Below, one piece after another: positions 40,650 to 53,996 of a DNA stretch of 64,000 nucleotides. The translations under genes and the position numbers were made by a program. Under the pieces are notes generated by a model. It was not told the origin of the DNA. It worked only from the letters and a program-made list of their open reading frames with translations, and made no database searches. Source of the stretch: Octopus vulgaris (Eukaryota); the NCBI GenBank assembly GCA_951406725.2, contig OX597815.1, positions 88,722,001 through 88,786,000 of the forward strand. Reading direction: 5' to 3'. Positions within the stretch are counted from its first letter, which is position 1, and each line of letters opens with the position of its first letter.

Positions 40650-41422
40650 TAAGGTGGCGAGCTGGCAGAAACGTGAGCACGCCGGGCGAAATGCGAAGCC
40701 GTATTTCGTCTACCGTTACGTTCTAAGTTCAAATTCCGCCGAGGTCGACTTTGCCTTTCACCCTTTCGGGGTCGATTAAATAAGTAGCAGTTACGCTCTG
40801 GGGTCCATATAATCGACTTCATCCCTTTGTCTGTCCTTGTTTGTCCTCTCTGTGTTTAGCCCCTTGTGGGTAGTAAAGAAATATATATATACGTTGTCCC
40901 TGCATATTTGTTTGAAAAAAAAAAAAAGAAATAGGTATTTCGTCTGTCGTTACGTTGTGAGTTCAAATTCCGCCGAGGTTGACTTTGCCTTTCATCCTTT
41001 CGGGGTCGATAAATTAAGTACCAGTTCCGCACTGGAGTCGATGTAATCGACTTAATACCTATGTCTGTCCTTGTTTGTCCCCTCTATGTTTAGCCCCTTG
41101 TGGGTAATAAAGGAATAGGTATTTCGTCTGTCTTTACGTTCTGAGTTCAAATTCCGCCGAGGTCGACTTTGCCTTTCATCCTTTCGGGGTCGATTAAATA
41201 AGTACCAGTTACGCACTGGGGTCGATGTAATCGACTTAATACCCATGTATGTCCTTGTTTATCCACTCTATGTTTAACCCCTTGTGGGCAGTAAAGAAAT
41301 ATGCATTTCGTCTGTCTTTATGTTCTGAGTTCAAATTGCACCTGTTGAGTACTGGGGTCGATCTAATCGTCTGGCTCCCTCCCCCAAATTTTCAGGCCTT
41401 GTGCCTAGAGTAGAAAAGAATA
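40650..41422 (+). mobile_element. Multimeric family A SINE: head + tandem 184-bp units + standard tail
   Basis: Unit starts gtatttcgtc at 40701, 40935, 41119 and 41303 (gcatttcgtc); period 184 for the last three. Confidence 0.9.
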
Positions 41423-42009
41423 TTTATAAGTATAATACCTCTATTACGAGTTCCTTACAGCTGGTCAAGTAAGTATATAATATATTGTTTTAAAATTATA
41501 AAAATCACATCCAATAGCTACTCGCCGTCTATCAGTTGTCAACGGGCTTGCAACAGCTGAAGATGTGTAGCGATCATCGATTTATTGATACTGAAACTTA
41601 AAGTCATGATTGTAAGTTTCCGTACTGGTATCATTTCATAAGTATTGTCCTTTATTCCCAACAGTAATGAGTTCTACCTTTTTTCATCGTCACACGAGGT
41701 TCCCTTCTCTCTTTCTTTCTCTCTCTCCCTGTATACACACACACACACACGTGTGTGTGTTATAAATTTCTCTTCTCGTTTGCAGCACAGTACTAATCGG
41801 CATGAACTTATTTCCTCTAACTATCCTTACTCGCTGTCATTGTATTCAATACAATGGTAAGTGAACACGAGTAAAAATCCTACGACTGATATTGACATTA
41901 CTTTAGAATCTGGTCTTTCTCTGTACCGTTTATGTAGCTTAGGTTGCTTAGGTTTCTCTTTCCAGGCAACATGTCATACAAATATGTCTTAAAAAGAAAA
42001 GGCGAATGC

Positions 42010-42545
42010 TTGGCGTGGTCAGACAATTTTAAGAAGTGGCTTTCTATTTTACTAAAAATGGGTTGAAGTTGTGTCAATTGTTGTAGGTTTGGTATTCTAA
42101 TCCTTTTAGGCGCTTACCACTAACAAGTCCCGTAACATTGTTTTGAAATACATCAGTTTTGAAGTTGTTTTCTTAAGTTAGGTGTCCTAGTCTGATCCAG
42201 CCATATTTAATGAGTGTTCCTTTTGAAGTGGAGATGATATACAAGCAGTTGTCTGGATGCTGTTTAAATAGAATGTTTTTGGTAAATGTTTACTATAATT
42301 TAATTTGGCTTTAAGTGATATTCGATTTCATTTCATAAATTGTTAATTTTTGTGGGGAAATCGACCATACCTAGGCAATTCTTGTTATTGTTAAGCGGGC
42401 AGTCTATGTGCAAAATAGACAAATTCTATTACTTGCCGTATAGGTCTGTCATAAAATGTTATGCATAGGTTTGGATATGTAAAATTTATAGTCATTCACT
42501 CAATATTGTGAATGACTGCGGGTAGTATTTTGATTTGTGATAGTT
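42010..42545 (-). mobile_element. Possible decayed Penelope RT remnant
   Basis: Weak traces on the minus strand (HPDNCLYI.., PTYA-like region); heavily disrupted. Confidence 0.35.
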
Positions 42546-44394
42546 TTACAATGTATATAGGGTGTGCTGAACGAAGAACTACAATGTTTACGTAAAAATC
42601 AGTCCCTAATAGTAAAACAATTACGTTTTGTAGTCTTGCTAATAAAAATTTAGTCTTGCTAATAAAAATTTAGATTCTGTATAGCTTCTATCGTCCGAAC
42701 GGAGATATGGATGTTAGCAAGAGTCAAAAGTGCTTCACAGAGATACAAACAAACACACACACACACACACACGTGCGCATGCGCGCGTGTTGCATGTGAG
42801 TATGTATTAAAGACACAGAAAGGGAAAGAATGAAAGAAATAAAGAAAGAAATAAAGAAATATCGAGTACGCTGTCTTGAATTTACTTTATCGCAATTGCG
42901 GAGTTTATTTGCCCTCATCTTCAAATATCAATTTTAAGGAGGAAAAGTCTATTTCTGTGTTCTTGCTTTAGTAACGTTTTCCCATCTGTTTCGTTCTCTG
43001 CCTCTTCTACTCCTCCATATAGTTCTCCATCTTATTCTATTTGTCTCTCACTCTAAGGCACTTTTAAAACTTGTCAAGGAATGAGTAAACCTGGATGTAT
43101 GTGTATAGACATGTGTGTGTGTATGTATCTGTGTGTGGGTATCTGTCTGTTAGATTCCCGTCTACTTAGCTTTGTCGATTTTCCTTTAATTCATACTTTT
43201 AAACACATTATTTCTAAAATAAGCCACTAAACGTTTTAGTTTCTATATTTTTGCATCTACAAAGAAAGATTCAGCCACAAATCGAATCTATATTGCAAAC
43301 TCAGGAGACAGATTAAATATAACACGCAAGTACAGGTAAACCCATACGACAGACTTCTATACAGTTTGTACTTCTGTAATATCCCTTTCATGAAAAACTT
43401 GCTCTAAATGCGGTGGGGACAAAACCGGAAAAACGTGAGTGAGGACCAAACTTATTTACCACACTGCTATGCCAAAATCTGTTGACAAATCATAAAGACA
43501 AATTTTTAATTTTTATATACGAGGAGAGAATAATTTTCCTCGCTTATCCTGCCACATTTTAATATTTCTTGTAAATGATTTCAATAGTTCCAAATTTGAA
43601 ACATAATGCATTGGAAAATTCCCTGTTACCTTAATTCCTTCCATCTTACCCTCTTCCTTGCTCGCTTTCCTTCTTTATTTCCTTCTTTGTTTTATTCTTT
43701 ATTTCTTTTGTTTTTTCTTCATCATTTTTTCCTCCCTTCCTTTCTTTCTATTTTTCTTTCTTCCATTGCTTCTTTCCTTCCCTTTCATACCAAATGCTAT
43801 GGAAAACAATATAGCCTTTAAAATATTTTTACATACTGCATCAGATTTTTTTACTCTTATTATACATTTCATTTCCTTCAGGTATCGCAGTAATATAACG
43901 CTATATATTCTAAAATGAAATATTAAATTGAATAGTTTCTAATTCATCTACAATGTAACCTCTATTCATATTGCATTAATTGTCGGACATTCTATTTAAT
44001 TCTCTATAGAGCCACATATATTCTTTTCATATGTACTCTGAATAAAAAATGGAAGGTGTGAATATTTATTAGTGCACTAATATAAGAGAGTGCATATACA
44101 CAAACACACATACACACATACATACACAGAAACAACGACTATCCATACGCACACACATTCGTTCACACAAGCACTATCTGATATTCACATATAAGTGTGA
44201 GTGTTTTGTGGATGTGTGTATATATATATATATGAGCAACAAGGATATCCAAGGTAGTGTAGTACAATTATTTCATGCTACGTCATTTTATTAAACACTG
44301 TATTACATCAGTTTTAAAATATCGAGCAATCATCAGCCAAATATAGAATTTTTCAATTAAACGGACAATGCACATTCTTATTTCATTTGCCAAC

Positions 44395-44458
<64 letters not shown>

Positions 44459-44728
44459 CGTATAGAGATGTTACATACTTATACGCACAGACACTTACAC
44501 GCACACACACATATATATGCGTTTAAATATTCATACGCAATTATTATTATTATTCATATACACACAACTGATTAGACTGTTGGAAAAGAAAATATCTTAA
44601 CATTGGGCTATAACAAGTAACCTTAGATGCCAAAAACCCTTTTAAGTATCCTACTAACACTTTTCTAGAGCTGTATTTAACTGGATTTTATGCCTATTTC
44701 ATCTATCCATCTGTTTAAATCTTTCGAG

Positions 44729-44778
<50 letters not shown>

Positions 44779-44794
44779 CATCATCATCATTGTG

Positions 44795-45165
44795 ACAAGG
44801 CAGCGAACGGAGCTGGCAGAGTCGTTAGCACGCCGGGCAATGTGCTTAGCGGCATTTTGTCCGTCTTTACGTTCTGAGTTCAAATTCTGCCGAAGTCGAC
44901 TTTGTTTTTCATCCGTTCGGGGTCAATAAATTAAGTACCAGTGACGCACTGGGTTCGACGTAATCGACGTATCTCCTCTCCCAAATTTCAAGACTTGTGC
45001 CTATAGTGGAAAGGATTATTATTATCATTATTATTATTATTATCATCGTTGTGTGGATAAGTCGGTGAACTGGCAGAATCGTTAGCACACGGGCGAAATG
45101 CTTAGTGGTATTTCATCTGCGGCAACGTTCCGAGTTCAAGTTCCATCGAAGTCGACTTTACCTGT
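44795..45165 (+). mobile_element. Two family A SINE copies (one full, one 3'-truncated) in (ATT)n
   Basis: gagctggcagagtcgttagcacgccgggc...cttgtgcctatagtggaaaggattatt; second head at ~45060. Confidence 0.85.
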
Positions 45166-45725
45166 TACCGCTTTCTGCTACTGCTATTTGATGCTTTTTT
45201 TTCTTAATCTTCTCTGAATTTCTTCAACCTCTAATCCCGTAATCCAGTTGTTCATATTACTCTTACCCGGTCTATCAATCGCTGGGCAGATGCTTTAAAA
45301 ACTCCTTTTTCATCCCATATTCTCTTCATTCGTTTCATGAAGCCTTTTTTATTTGGCTCACTTCTCAGCCAGCATTCAATTACAAAATTTTCTTTACCTT
45401 CTTTTCCCATTTCAGTTCTTTTTTTTCTTTTGCACTTTTGACTGCTAACAATTCCGGTTCTGTTAGCGCAGTTGTGATTATTCATTGATTTTGACATCAC
45501 TCATTTAGAGATAGCATTTGTAAAGTTGTGCAATTACCACTAGTTTTATCGTGACACCATCCCTAGGTGGGTTGCTAACCAAGGCTCAGAGTCCACACCT
45601 ACCCTCGTATACACTGTGTTCGGTTCCAACCGCATTCATGCCGTTGTTTAATACATTTTTATTTGACCTTTTCACTCACGAGGATTCCGGTGATGAGGTG
45701 ATGCAACCACCCGTGTTTTTATTGA
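45166..45725 (-). mobile_element. R4/Dong element 5' end (5' UTR and N-terminal ORF)
   Basis: ORF 45252..45500 ENFVIECWLRSEPNKKGFMKRMKRIWDEKGVFKASAQRLIDRVRVI matches the R4/Dong N-terminal pattern (VMECY..SEP...GYRKRM..IW...EQRL.DQ.R.I). Confidence 0.8.
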
Positions 45726-45769
45726 AACACCACCACCACCACCACCACCATCATCATCATTATTATTGA

Positions 45770-45912
45770 TTTGACTCAGGTTCGGTCTTACTTCTGGTAG
45801 GATTTATGTTGGTAGCAGGTTACCATCTGTAACCTTAGGTATCCACAAACTTTCAAATATTCTTTCAAGTGCTTAGAATCCTCCTGATAACCTTTCCTGT
45901 CCCTAAGAGCAT
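45770..45912 (-). mobile_element. R4/Dong element 3' end
   Basis: Minus strand LLGTGKVIRRILST*, then a short 3' UTR ending in (TAA)(TGA)(TGG) repeats. Confidence 0.75.
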
Positions 45913-46334
45913 GACAAGAAATTAAAAGAGCGTGATAAGAAATTAAAAACAGAATATATTTTATTAATAAAATTCTGGATAGTGTTGCATATTTTGAGGC
46001 GTTCCACCATTCTACACAACTGGCAACTGAACTATTACAGTATTTCTTAGGAACAATATTTTGAGTTCACAAGAGGATCATACGTTTCCATTATTCTGCT
46101 TTCTTCTTTGAGCCTTAGGATTCATAAGGCCAGTTTCACACAATTCTAAAATATCAATGGTAATGTAAATGTAAAATACGTACAAACTAGAACGAAAATC
46201 TGATGGCAAGCTTGGCTTATCAGAGGCTCATCTCTAAAGAACATACATTTGCTAGAAAATGAACAATTCAAACTCATTTTGTGAAAATTTCTAGTTTCAT
46301 TTTCTCTCTTTTCTGAAATGTGGTCTATTGGTCT

Positions 46335-46570
46335 TATTCTTATTCTCTTATATATCTCAGTTCAATGAATGTGGCTATACTGGAACACCACCATTGTAAT
46401 CATCTTTCCACTTTCCACCTTTGTCGGAGCGGCTTTTGGTGAAGGATGGAGTGCGATTCTACTACCCTTTTTTGAGTTTCTTGCTTAGATATTGGCTCAT
46501 CCGGGATCTCGGCGAGCCATAGGTCAAGTTCACGTGTGAAAACATCTACATCCACTCCATCACATTATTT
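46335..46570 (-). mobile_element. CR1/L2-type LINE 3' end
   Basis: GVDVDVFTRELDLWLAEIPDEPISKQETQKR..SHSILHQ is homologous to the end of the LINE at 51640-51780; followed by tail ggtggtgttccagtatagccac...ctgaga and (gaataa) repeats. Confidence 0.75.
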
Positions 46571-49139
46571 CTTAAGACAGAAAACTATCCGTTTTGTTTT
46601 TTAACTGTACAGCAGAAAAAGCATTTAGAACTTTATAGACTGGACGAACTTTAATCCACATAGAAACAACTTTGCACACATTTTCAAATGAGTTCATTTC
46701 TTTTCACTTGGGATCCAGACTAATTTGATACAAGCGTTTTGCATACTTCAGCTTGATGTATCTACCAAGAACAAGAACTCTAAAAGCAATCGTATTTGCT
46801 ATTACCAACGCACTCTTTCTAAAATTATTATAATAGATATCAATATATCCCAGAGCCAAAACTATCATATTATATATCGTTTATAAATAAGCAACCCATA
46901 ACAACATCATATATAACATATAGAAATATTAAAATAATTCACAAATTCGAATGGAAATAACTGTCAATCTACTTCATTTGAAATTTACTTTTTACGAAGA
47001 TTTCATTATTGTGCCCTTCACACTTCCATACCTAAACTTATACAAATCTACTTATAGAATATTAACCCTCTAATTACAAGACAATATTTCGTTGCTCTTT
47101 ATGACTTATGGGTGACTAGGAAAAGGTTCATATTAGTGTACTGTCATCAACACATAAGCACAGTGGCACCGACACTTCTCTAGGCTGTAACTTACATCTC
47201 AAATTGACATTTACGAAGAGTAAGGGAAGTAGAATGTTACAACTAAACAATAAATAAATAAAACAAAAGAATGTGCATCGCAGATCTGGGTTGCCAGAAA
47301 ATTAGTAGGTTTAACAGTTCTTGCAATCACAGTAACATCCTAGAAGATATTTAAACAGGATATCTGTTATGTCGCAATACTACACAGTGGCTGTGTAAGC
47401 TACGAAATCCTCGTCGCCACTGTTATATCGCACGTTCGGATGCCTTCTACTCAACTCTGCTCTTCTTACCGCTAATCTGACTCTTTTCTTTATTAGCCAC
47501 AAGGGCCCAAAATAGAGGGGGACAAACAAGGACAAACAGGGAACCACAGAGGGGACAATACATAACACGAATATGAATGAGATGATTATATAACAATGAG
47601 GTTATGAATGGCTGCATGCGCCCCTCATCACATGCAGTACCATTAATGTTTTTACAGTCCATGTTTATCATGTATTTACATAGCAATTAATTATCATGTT
47701 ACATACCTTGCAAGTATTTGAACCGTTATATACATTATCTACAATTGTTCTTCTATTTTTCAATATTTTAAAAAACATAACATAAAACACCTGGCTCTTT
47801 CTTTTTTTTCCCCTTTTTTCTCCTTTTTCTTTTTTTCCTGTCAATTTAACATACTTATTTTCTTTTCAGTAGTACTTCATCAATGGTTCAATTTCTATTA
47901 AATCCACTACTGGTGGCAATTCTTAGAATTCCACCCTTACTCCTGGTGGGTCAATACTATCTCCACACATTTCTTCCAATTTCTTGTAGTTTTCCTTTTC
48001 GATCACTATCGCTTTCATATCCTCTGCATATATGTATGAGGATACTTTCACTCTTACTATTTGATTAAACTTCACTATTTTAACCGCTGACTGCTACCCT
48101 GACGTCTAGACTTCTCCCTCTATATCTACGTATTGGGATAGTCTACTTAATCGTCTGGGAGCGTCCACACAACAGTATCATATTCTTTCAAAGCATAAAA
48201 TTTAACTTGGTTTCAAGCACGCAACACGGTTGAGTCATGAGACTATGTACTGTTTTCTTATAAATGTATCTCAACGTAAGAACTTGTACTTGAAAGTTAT
48301 GATACCAATACATTAATGTATTATTATAGGTTTCACCTTCACATTGTAACATTGTAATTTATAAAAGAAATGGAAATCTGAACTGTAAAAATAAACATAA
48401 AACACAAGTTCCATTTTAGAAACAAACTTTTACAATTTACATAAACATAAAAAAGAAACCATCTTTTGTTTCATGCATAATTTGTTTATATTAGATCAGT
48501 CACAGTGATAGTGATAAGCATAGATTTAAAAAGGAAAAAAATATCACTGAATGTTATTAGTAAAAATACAGTATTGTTGCATTTATTAAAATTATTCTTG
48601 CATTTCAAAATCGAACAACTTTGATATTTAATGGCAAATACTGTTATCACAAAATACTCATAAAAGACAAGTGAATATAATATAATATATGTATTTTTTA
48701 AATAGGCTCATAAAATACTAATACAATATATGCTCATATGCATACATGCATAGAAAAAGCTGTATATACATTCATGCATATATTCATATATATAAACTTA
48801 AGTATACACACATATATTAACAAAAAGAAATGCTTTCAGAACTTTATCAAGACTACGAGAAAGAAAATATTTATATCGAAGAATGCTACTGGATTCAGTC
48901 GTTTTAAGATGATTTAGTCACGCTGTAAGCGAAGGGGAAAAATAAATTGAAAATAGTAACAATTTTAGCAGTATTAGTTTTATTTTGTTTATTACTGGTA
49001 GTATTGGTGTTAAGAAGTGGCTATTAGTAGCAGCATAAGTAATGTCGGTGGTTGCTGATTTAAGTATCTCTATCAATCCTAGTTGTTGAAATAGCAGTTA
49101 CGTGTGTACACACACACATGCACACATACACGCACACAC

Positions 49140-49184
<45 letters not shown>

Positions 49185-49209
49185 AATTTACAGAAAACAA
49201 AGACGAAAA

Positions 49210-49720
49210 GGATCTTTTCGCTTTGACCGGCATTTAAAAAAAAAAAAACTTCTTTGTAACTAAACACTTATAAACTTCGTATACTGGTAGAATGTGTTTA
49301 TAAAACATCTTTTTCTCTTGGCTTTCTTGAGAAAATTCTGTAGTTTGTAAGCTATTTGTTGTTTAATTTCTTGCATTTCGGCAATTTCAACCAATCGATG
49401 ACGTCTATTGAGGTGAATACAATTTCTCCGAATCTTTGTCGACAACAATTATTTGCGGTGTCATATGAATTTGTCACTGTTATTTATGAGAAAAAATATA
49501 CCATGTGGCCATAAACTGAGGGGTCACTCGTAAACAGAGCTGGATAACAAAACCGTTCCCTCTTTAGTGTCCACTCATAATTATGACTCTAGTATCGATC
49601 TATTGCATTTCAATCTGTTTTAGGGTTAGGGTTGGGTTAGGGTTAAGGTTAGGGTCAGAGGTGGGGGAAGGGTATCTATTTTTCTTCAGAAATGTAAATA
49701 AACCCAATCTGTTTCTTAAA
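49210..49720. mobile_element. Second, truncated copy of the Merlin-like MITE with the internal segment inverted
   Basis: ggatcttttcgctttgaccggc TIR plus shared segment aaacttcgtatactggtagaatgtgtttataaaac; the (TTAGGG)n segment is in the opposite orientation to 25330-25507. Confidence 0.85.
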
Positions 49721-49919
49721 CTAATATATAACATATAATGTGTGTATCTGTGCAACAGAGAGGTAAATTGTTTACATAGTGATCCTAGGAGCGAAATCAA
49801 TTGATTCTAGGATATTTTATTCTTCTCTTTGTAGTTTTACAAATATATACCTTTCATAGACATAAAATTGAAAGCTTTTGTCAGTAATGCTAGCTATATG
49901 CTACAACTTTGTCCCGGTG

Positions 49920-51810
49920 AGAATGGCCACTGCTCATAAAAACAAAATTCCCAAGGAGAGGGAATTCGTATGAGACAGCGAACAAAGATTGCAGTAGCAT
50001 TGCTGATGATTGAGAAAGAATTGAATCACTCTCATGAGAAGGAAAGATCAGACAGAGAAGCCTGGGTCATGAGAAATATAAAATCAGACCCTAATGCCTT
50101 CTTTAGATACACCAAGGAGACTGCCTCTGTGCATTGCAGGATAGGGTCATTCCTCCAAAGAATGGCTCCCCACGAGAAACGCAATAAGGGTAAGTGAAAC
50201 ACTGAATGAACAGCATAAAAGTGTCTTCACCCATCCCAATCCTACGGCACATGTAAGTTAGTAAATCTGTAGAAATCTTTACCGCTACAGAAGCTAAACG
50301 GGAGGCAGTAACAATTGATTTACATTAACATCAAAGAAAAATATGTAATGCTAGCAATAGATGATATAGATGTAAACTCAGCTTCTGACCCTGATGAATT
50401 TCCAGCAATCCTGCTCAAGTCATGCAAATGAGTCCTTGCAAAACCATTGCAGTTACTTTTCAGAGCTTCATCAAATATTTTAAACTACCGGACAAACTAA
50501 AAGAGAGAATGATATGCCCTAGCCATAAAGAAGAAAACAGAGCAGATGTTAAAAACTTAATTGCATTCCTTGAATAGAATGACTTGCTAACTGACACACA
50601 GCATGGTTTTCAAGCAGGTAGAAGCTGTCTGACGCAGCTCTTGCGCTGGGTGCTAAAGCAGCTGCTCAACAACTCAAATGTGGACGTGATATACCTCGAC
50701 TTTGCAAATTGGTATGATTTGTCACAAGCTTTGAAATCTTGGTATATTTGGGAAATTTGGAGAATGACGACATGACTTTTTAAAAGATAGAAGTCAGGTA
50801 GTGGTGGTTAATGGGGCCACCTTCAAGAAAACACAAATAATGAGTGGTGCTCCACAGGAACTGTCCTGGGGCCGCAGCTATTCATAGTGGCCCTCTTCGA
50901 TATGCGCTCAGCTGCTCTAGTAGCTACTCTTGCTAGCTATCAGAAGATACCAAAGTTTCTCAGAGGATACAGAACCCTGGAGACGTTTTGCATATGCAAC
51001 GTGAGTTGGAGGCAATATATAGATGGGCGGAGGAAAATAACATGCAGTTTAATGCTGGAAAATTCCAAGCCATGTGCTACCAACACAGGAAACTCAATGA
51101 AAAACAGATAGGATACACTGAGCTAGGAGGGATTCCAATTCCCGAATCAAAATCAGTGCGTGAGTAATGGCTAGGTGCAAGTTACCAAATTGGCAATAAA
51201 ATGCAGACGTCTGGCCGAGTGGATCCTTCGAAACATGAGAAAAAAAAATCATCCGGAGGACTTTCGTTCTCAGCCGTCTGGATTACCGCTCCCAACTATG
51301 ATAACCAAACAGTGTAAAACTAACGACGGACCTCGAGGCGATCCAGCGAAGCTACACAAAGAAGATCGATACTATTAGACATATTAGCAACGGAAAGAAA
51401 CTGAGAGTTAAGAATCTACTCTCTGGAGTGAAGGCGTGAAAGATATGCAGTAATATACATCTGGAAAATCCTAGAACAAATGTTCCAAACTTTGGTATTG
51501 TCACTTACACAAGCAGCAGGATGGGGCTCCACTACATGGTACCAAAGGCCTCATCACTGCAATAAGGATACAGGACCAGATACTGCATCAGTTTGGGCTT
51601 CAAAGGCCTACAATTCTTCAATATTCTCCCACAAAACCTGCGAGACCTCAATGGCGTGGATGTAGGCTTTTTCAAAACAAAATTAGATCTTCTGTCAAGA
51701 GTTCCGGATGAACCTACCTCAAGGCAAGAAACATAGATGAGAGCAGCAGCATCAAAGACCCTCATCCACCAAATGTCACATATGAGAGGAGGTTTAATGA
51801 AAGTGTGGCA

Positions 51811-51812
<2 letters not shown>
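49920..51812 (+). mobile_element. 5'-truncated, decayed CR1/L2-type LINE (RT pseudogene)
   Basis: NIKSDPNAFFRY, ASDPDEFP, QHGFQAGRSCLTQLL, DVIYLDFA, SGAPQGTVLGPQLF and FFKTKLD..RVPDEP motifs across frameshifts. Confidence 0.9.
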
Positions 51813-51859
<47 letters not shown>

Positions 51860-51874
51860 TGTGTGTGTGTCTGT

Positions 51875-51913
51875 GGAGGCGCAATGGCCAAGTGGATAGG
51901 GCAGCGGACTCGC
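51875..51913 (+). mobile_element. Head-only fragment of family C SINE
   Basis: gaggcgcaatggccaagtggatagggcagcggactcgc matches 37139-37177. Confidence 0.75.
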
Positions 51914-53034
51914 ATTAATTATATAAAATCTATTTTACTCACAGCACAACCTTAGAGAGGTAACTTCGGTTAGTCGCTCGAACTGGAAGATATTACAGCT
52001 AAATAATCCCCCAATATTTTCCCGGCCTCTTCCTAATGACTAAATATTCAGTTTAAACGAATACTAATACTAAATATGATATACTAAAAAAGAAGGTAGT
52101 GCGGTGACGGTCAGAGGACCGGGCATACGATGTGTAACGACCCCAAAAGAACAATTCTTATATGTGAAAAATGTTGTTAAGGAACAACAATAGCTGCAAA
52201 TCTACACAAAGCGGGCTCTAAAACACCTATGCATGAATGTTACAATACCCAGACGAACATTACTGAAAAACAACATGTCTAAAGAATCCAGAAAAATACA
52301 TGACTATACAATAGTAAGAACAGTACCTTGAACAACAACGATAAAAGCAGGAAGTACCGTTGATACCTACCTTTTCAGTGTTATAGCGCACAAAATGGAA
52401 TAAAAAGAAGCCGTTTCATACACGAAAATTAGCTGTAAACACAACAAAAAGGTTTTACAAATTCTGAAAAACAATGCTAACAGCATCAAAACATCTTTTA
52501 TTGAACAAAAAAGATTTGTCCTCATTGACGATATGCAGTATTAGTTCAGAAAATATTCTTAAATCAGGCGAGACAGATCGTTTCACAGCGAGTGTGGTCT
52601 TATAAGATATAGCATATATGTATAGATATCATGTATGACACTTGGAAACTAGAATGCAATTTTTTTTTTAAATAAAAAGAAACGAGACGCATTTCACTAC
52701 CGACCTTTCTAACCATCCGTTTGAGTTATGCAGCTCAAATGCAGAAATCTTATAAACAACATCACCGGAGGAGAAGTGAATGCACTCAAACATCCTGGAA
52801 TTCAAAGTGTAAACATAGCAAAATACAGTGCACCAAAACCGTCTATAACCGAAGTAAAACTCAGTATCAAACATCAAAATAAGCAATTATGAAATAAATA
52901 CATAAATTTATAGAAAAAGAGATGAAATGTACCCTCTATGCTGGGAAGACATTTTGAATTGAATCATTTACGAGAAAATAATAAAATAGCCAAGTCCCGA
53001 AATCAAATGCATTTGGTCCGCAGAGAGAGACAAA

Positions 53035-53996
53035 TTCCACCGCGGAGTCGATAAATTAAGTATCAGTGAAACACTGGGGTCGATGTAATCAATTTCTCTC
53101 CTCCCCCAAAATGGCTGCCCTGGTGTCAAAATTTGAAACCATTATTGTGAGGTAGTAGAATCTTTAACACCCGGGGCGAAATTCTTAGCACTATTTTGCT
53201 TGCCGTTATCTTTCTGAGTTCAAATTCCACCAAGGTTGACTTTATATTAAGTACCAGTCAAGTATTGTGATCGACTTACTCCTCCCTTCAAAATTTCAGG
53301 CCTTGTGCCTACAGTAGAAAGGATTATCAATATTATTAAGGCTGTGAGCTGGCAGAAACATTTGCACGCCGCGCAAAATGCTTAGCGGCATTTCGTCTGT
53401 CTTTACGTTCTGAGTTAAAATTCCGCCGAGGTCGACTTTGCCTTTTATCAGTTCGGGGTCGATAAATTAAGTACCAGTTGCATACAGAGGTCGGTCTAAT
53501 CGACTAGCCCCCTCCCCCCAAATTTCGGGCCTTGTGACTAGAGTAGAAAAGAATATTAAGGTGGTGAGCTGGCAGAAACATTAGCACACCGGGCGAAATG
53601 CGTAGCCGTATTTCGTCCGCCGTTACGTTCTGAGTTCAAATTCCACCGAGGTCGACTTTGCCTTTCATCCTTTCGGGGTCGATTAAATAAGTATCAGTTA
53701 CGCACTGGGGTCGATATAATCGACTTAATCCGTTTGTCTGTCCTTGTTTGTCCTCTCTGTGTTTAGCCCCTTGTGGGTAGTAAAGAAATATGTATTTCGT
53801 CTGCCGTTACGTTCTGAGTTCAAATTCCGCCGAGGTGGACTTTGCCTTTCATCCTTTCGGGGTCGATCTAATTGACTGGCATCCTCCCCCAAAATTTTGG
53901 GCCTTGTGCCTAGAGTAGAAAAGAATCGTTAGCACGCCGGAAAAAATGCTTAGCGATATTTTTGTCTGTCTTCATGTTCTGATGTCAAATTCCGCC
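53035..53996 (+). mobile_element. Head-to-tail array of family A SINEs, including a dimeric copy; runs into the gap
   Basis: Heads at ~53150, 53338, 53558 and 53925; internal 184-bp-type unit at 53608-53791. Confidence 0.9.

Noticed and set aside
40650-41422. CRISPR-like or retrozyme array
   Set aside because: Units are full tandem repeats with no unique spacers, the context is eukaryotic, and I found no hammerhead core in the unit on either strand
47870-48068. Strong polypyrimidine tract plus cag acceptor followed by a 61-aa ORF
   Set aside because: No recognisable protein or matching donor; the minus strand looks more like a decayed retroelement ORF1, but too weak to call
53148-53160. tgaggtagtag, a let-7-like 5' end
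   Set aside because: Only 11 nt match, no hairpin, and it lies in a degenerate SINE head
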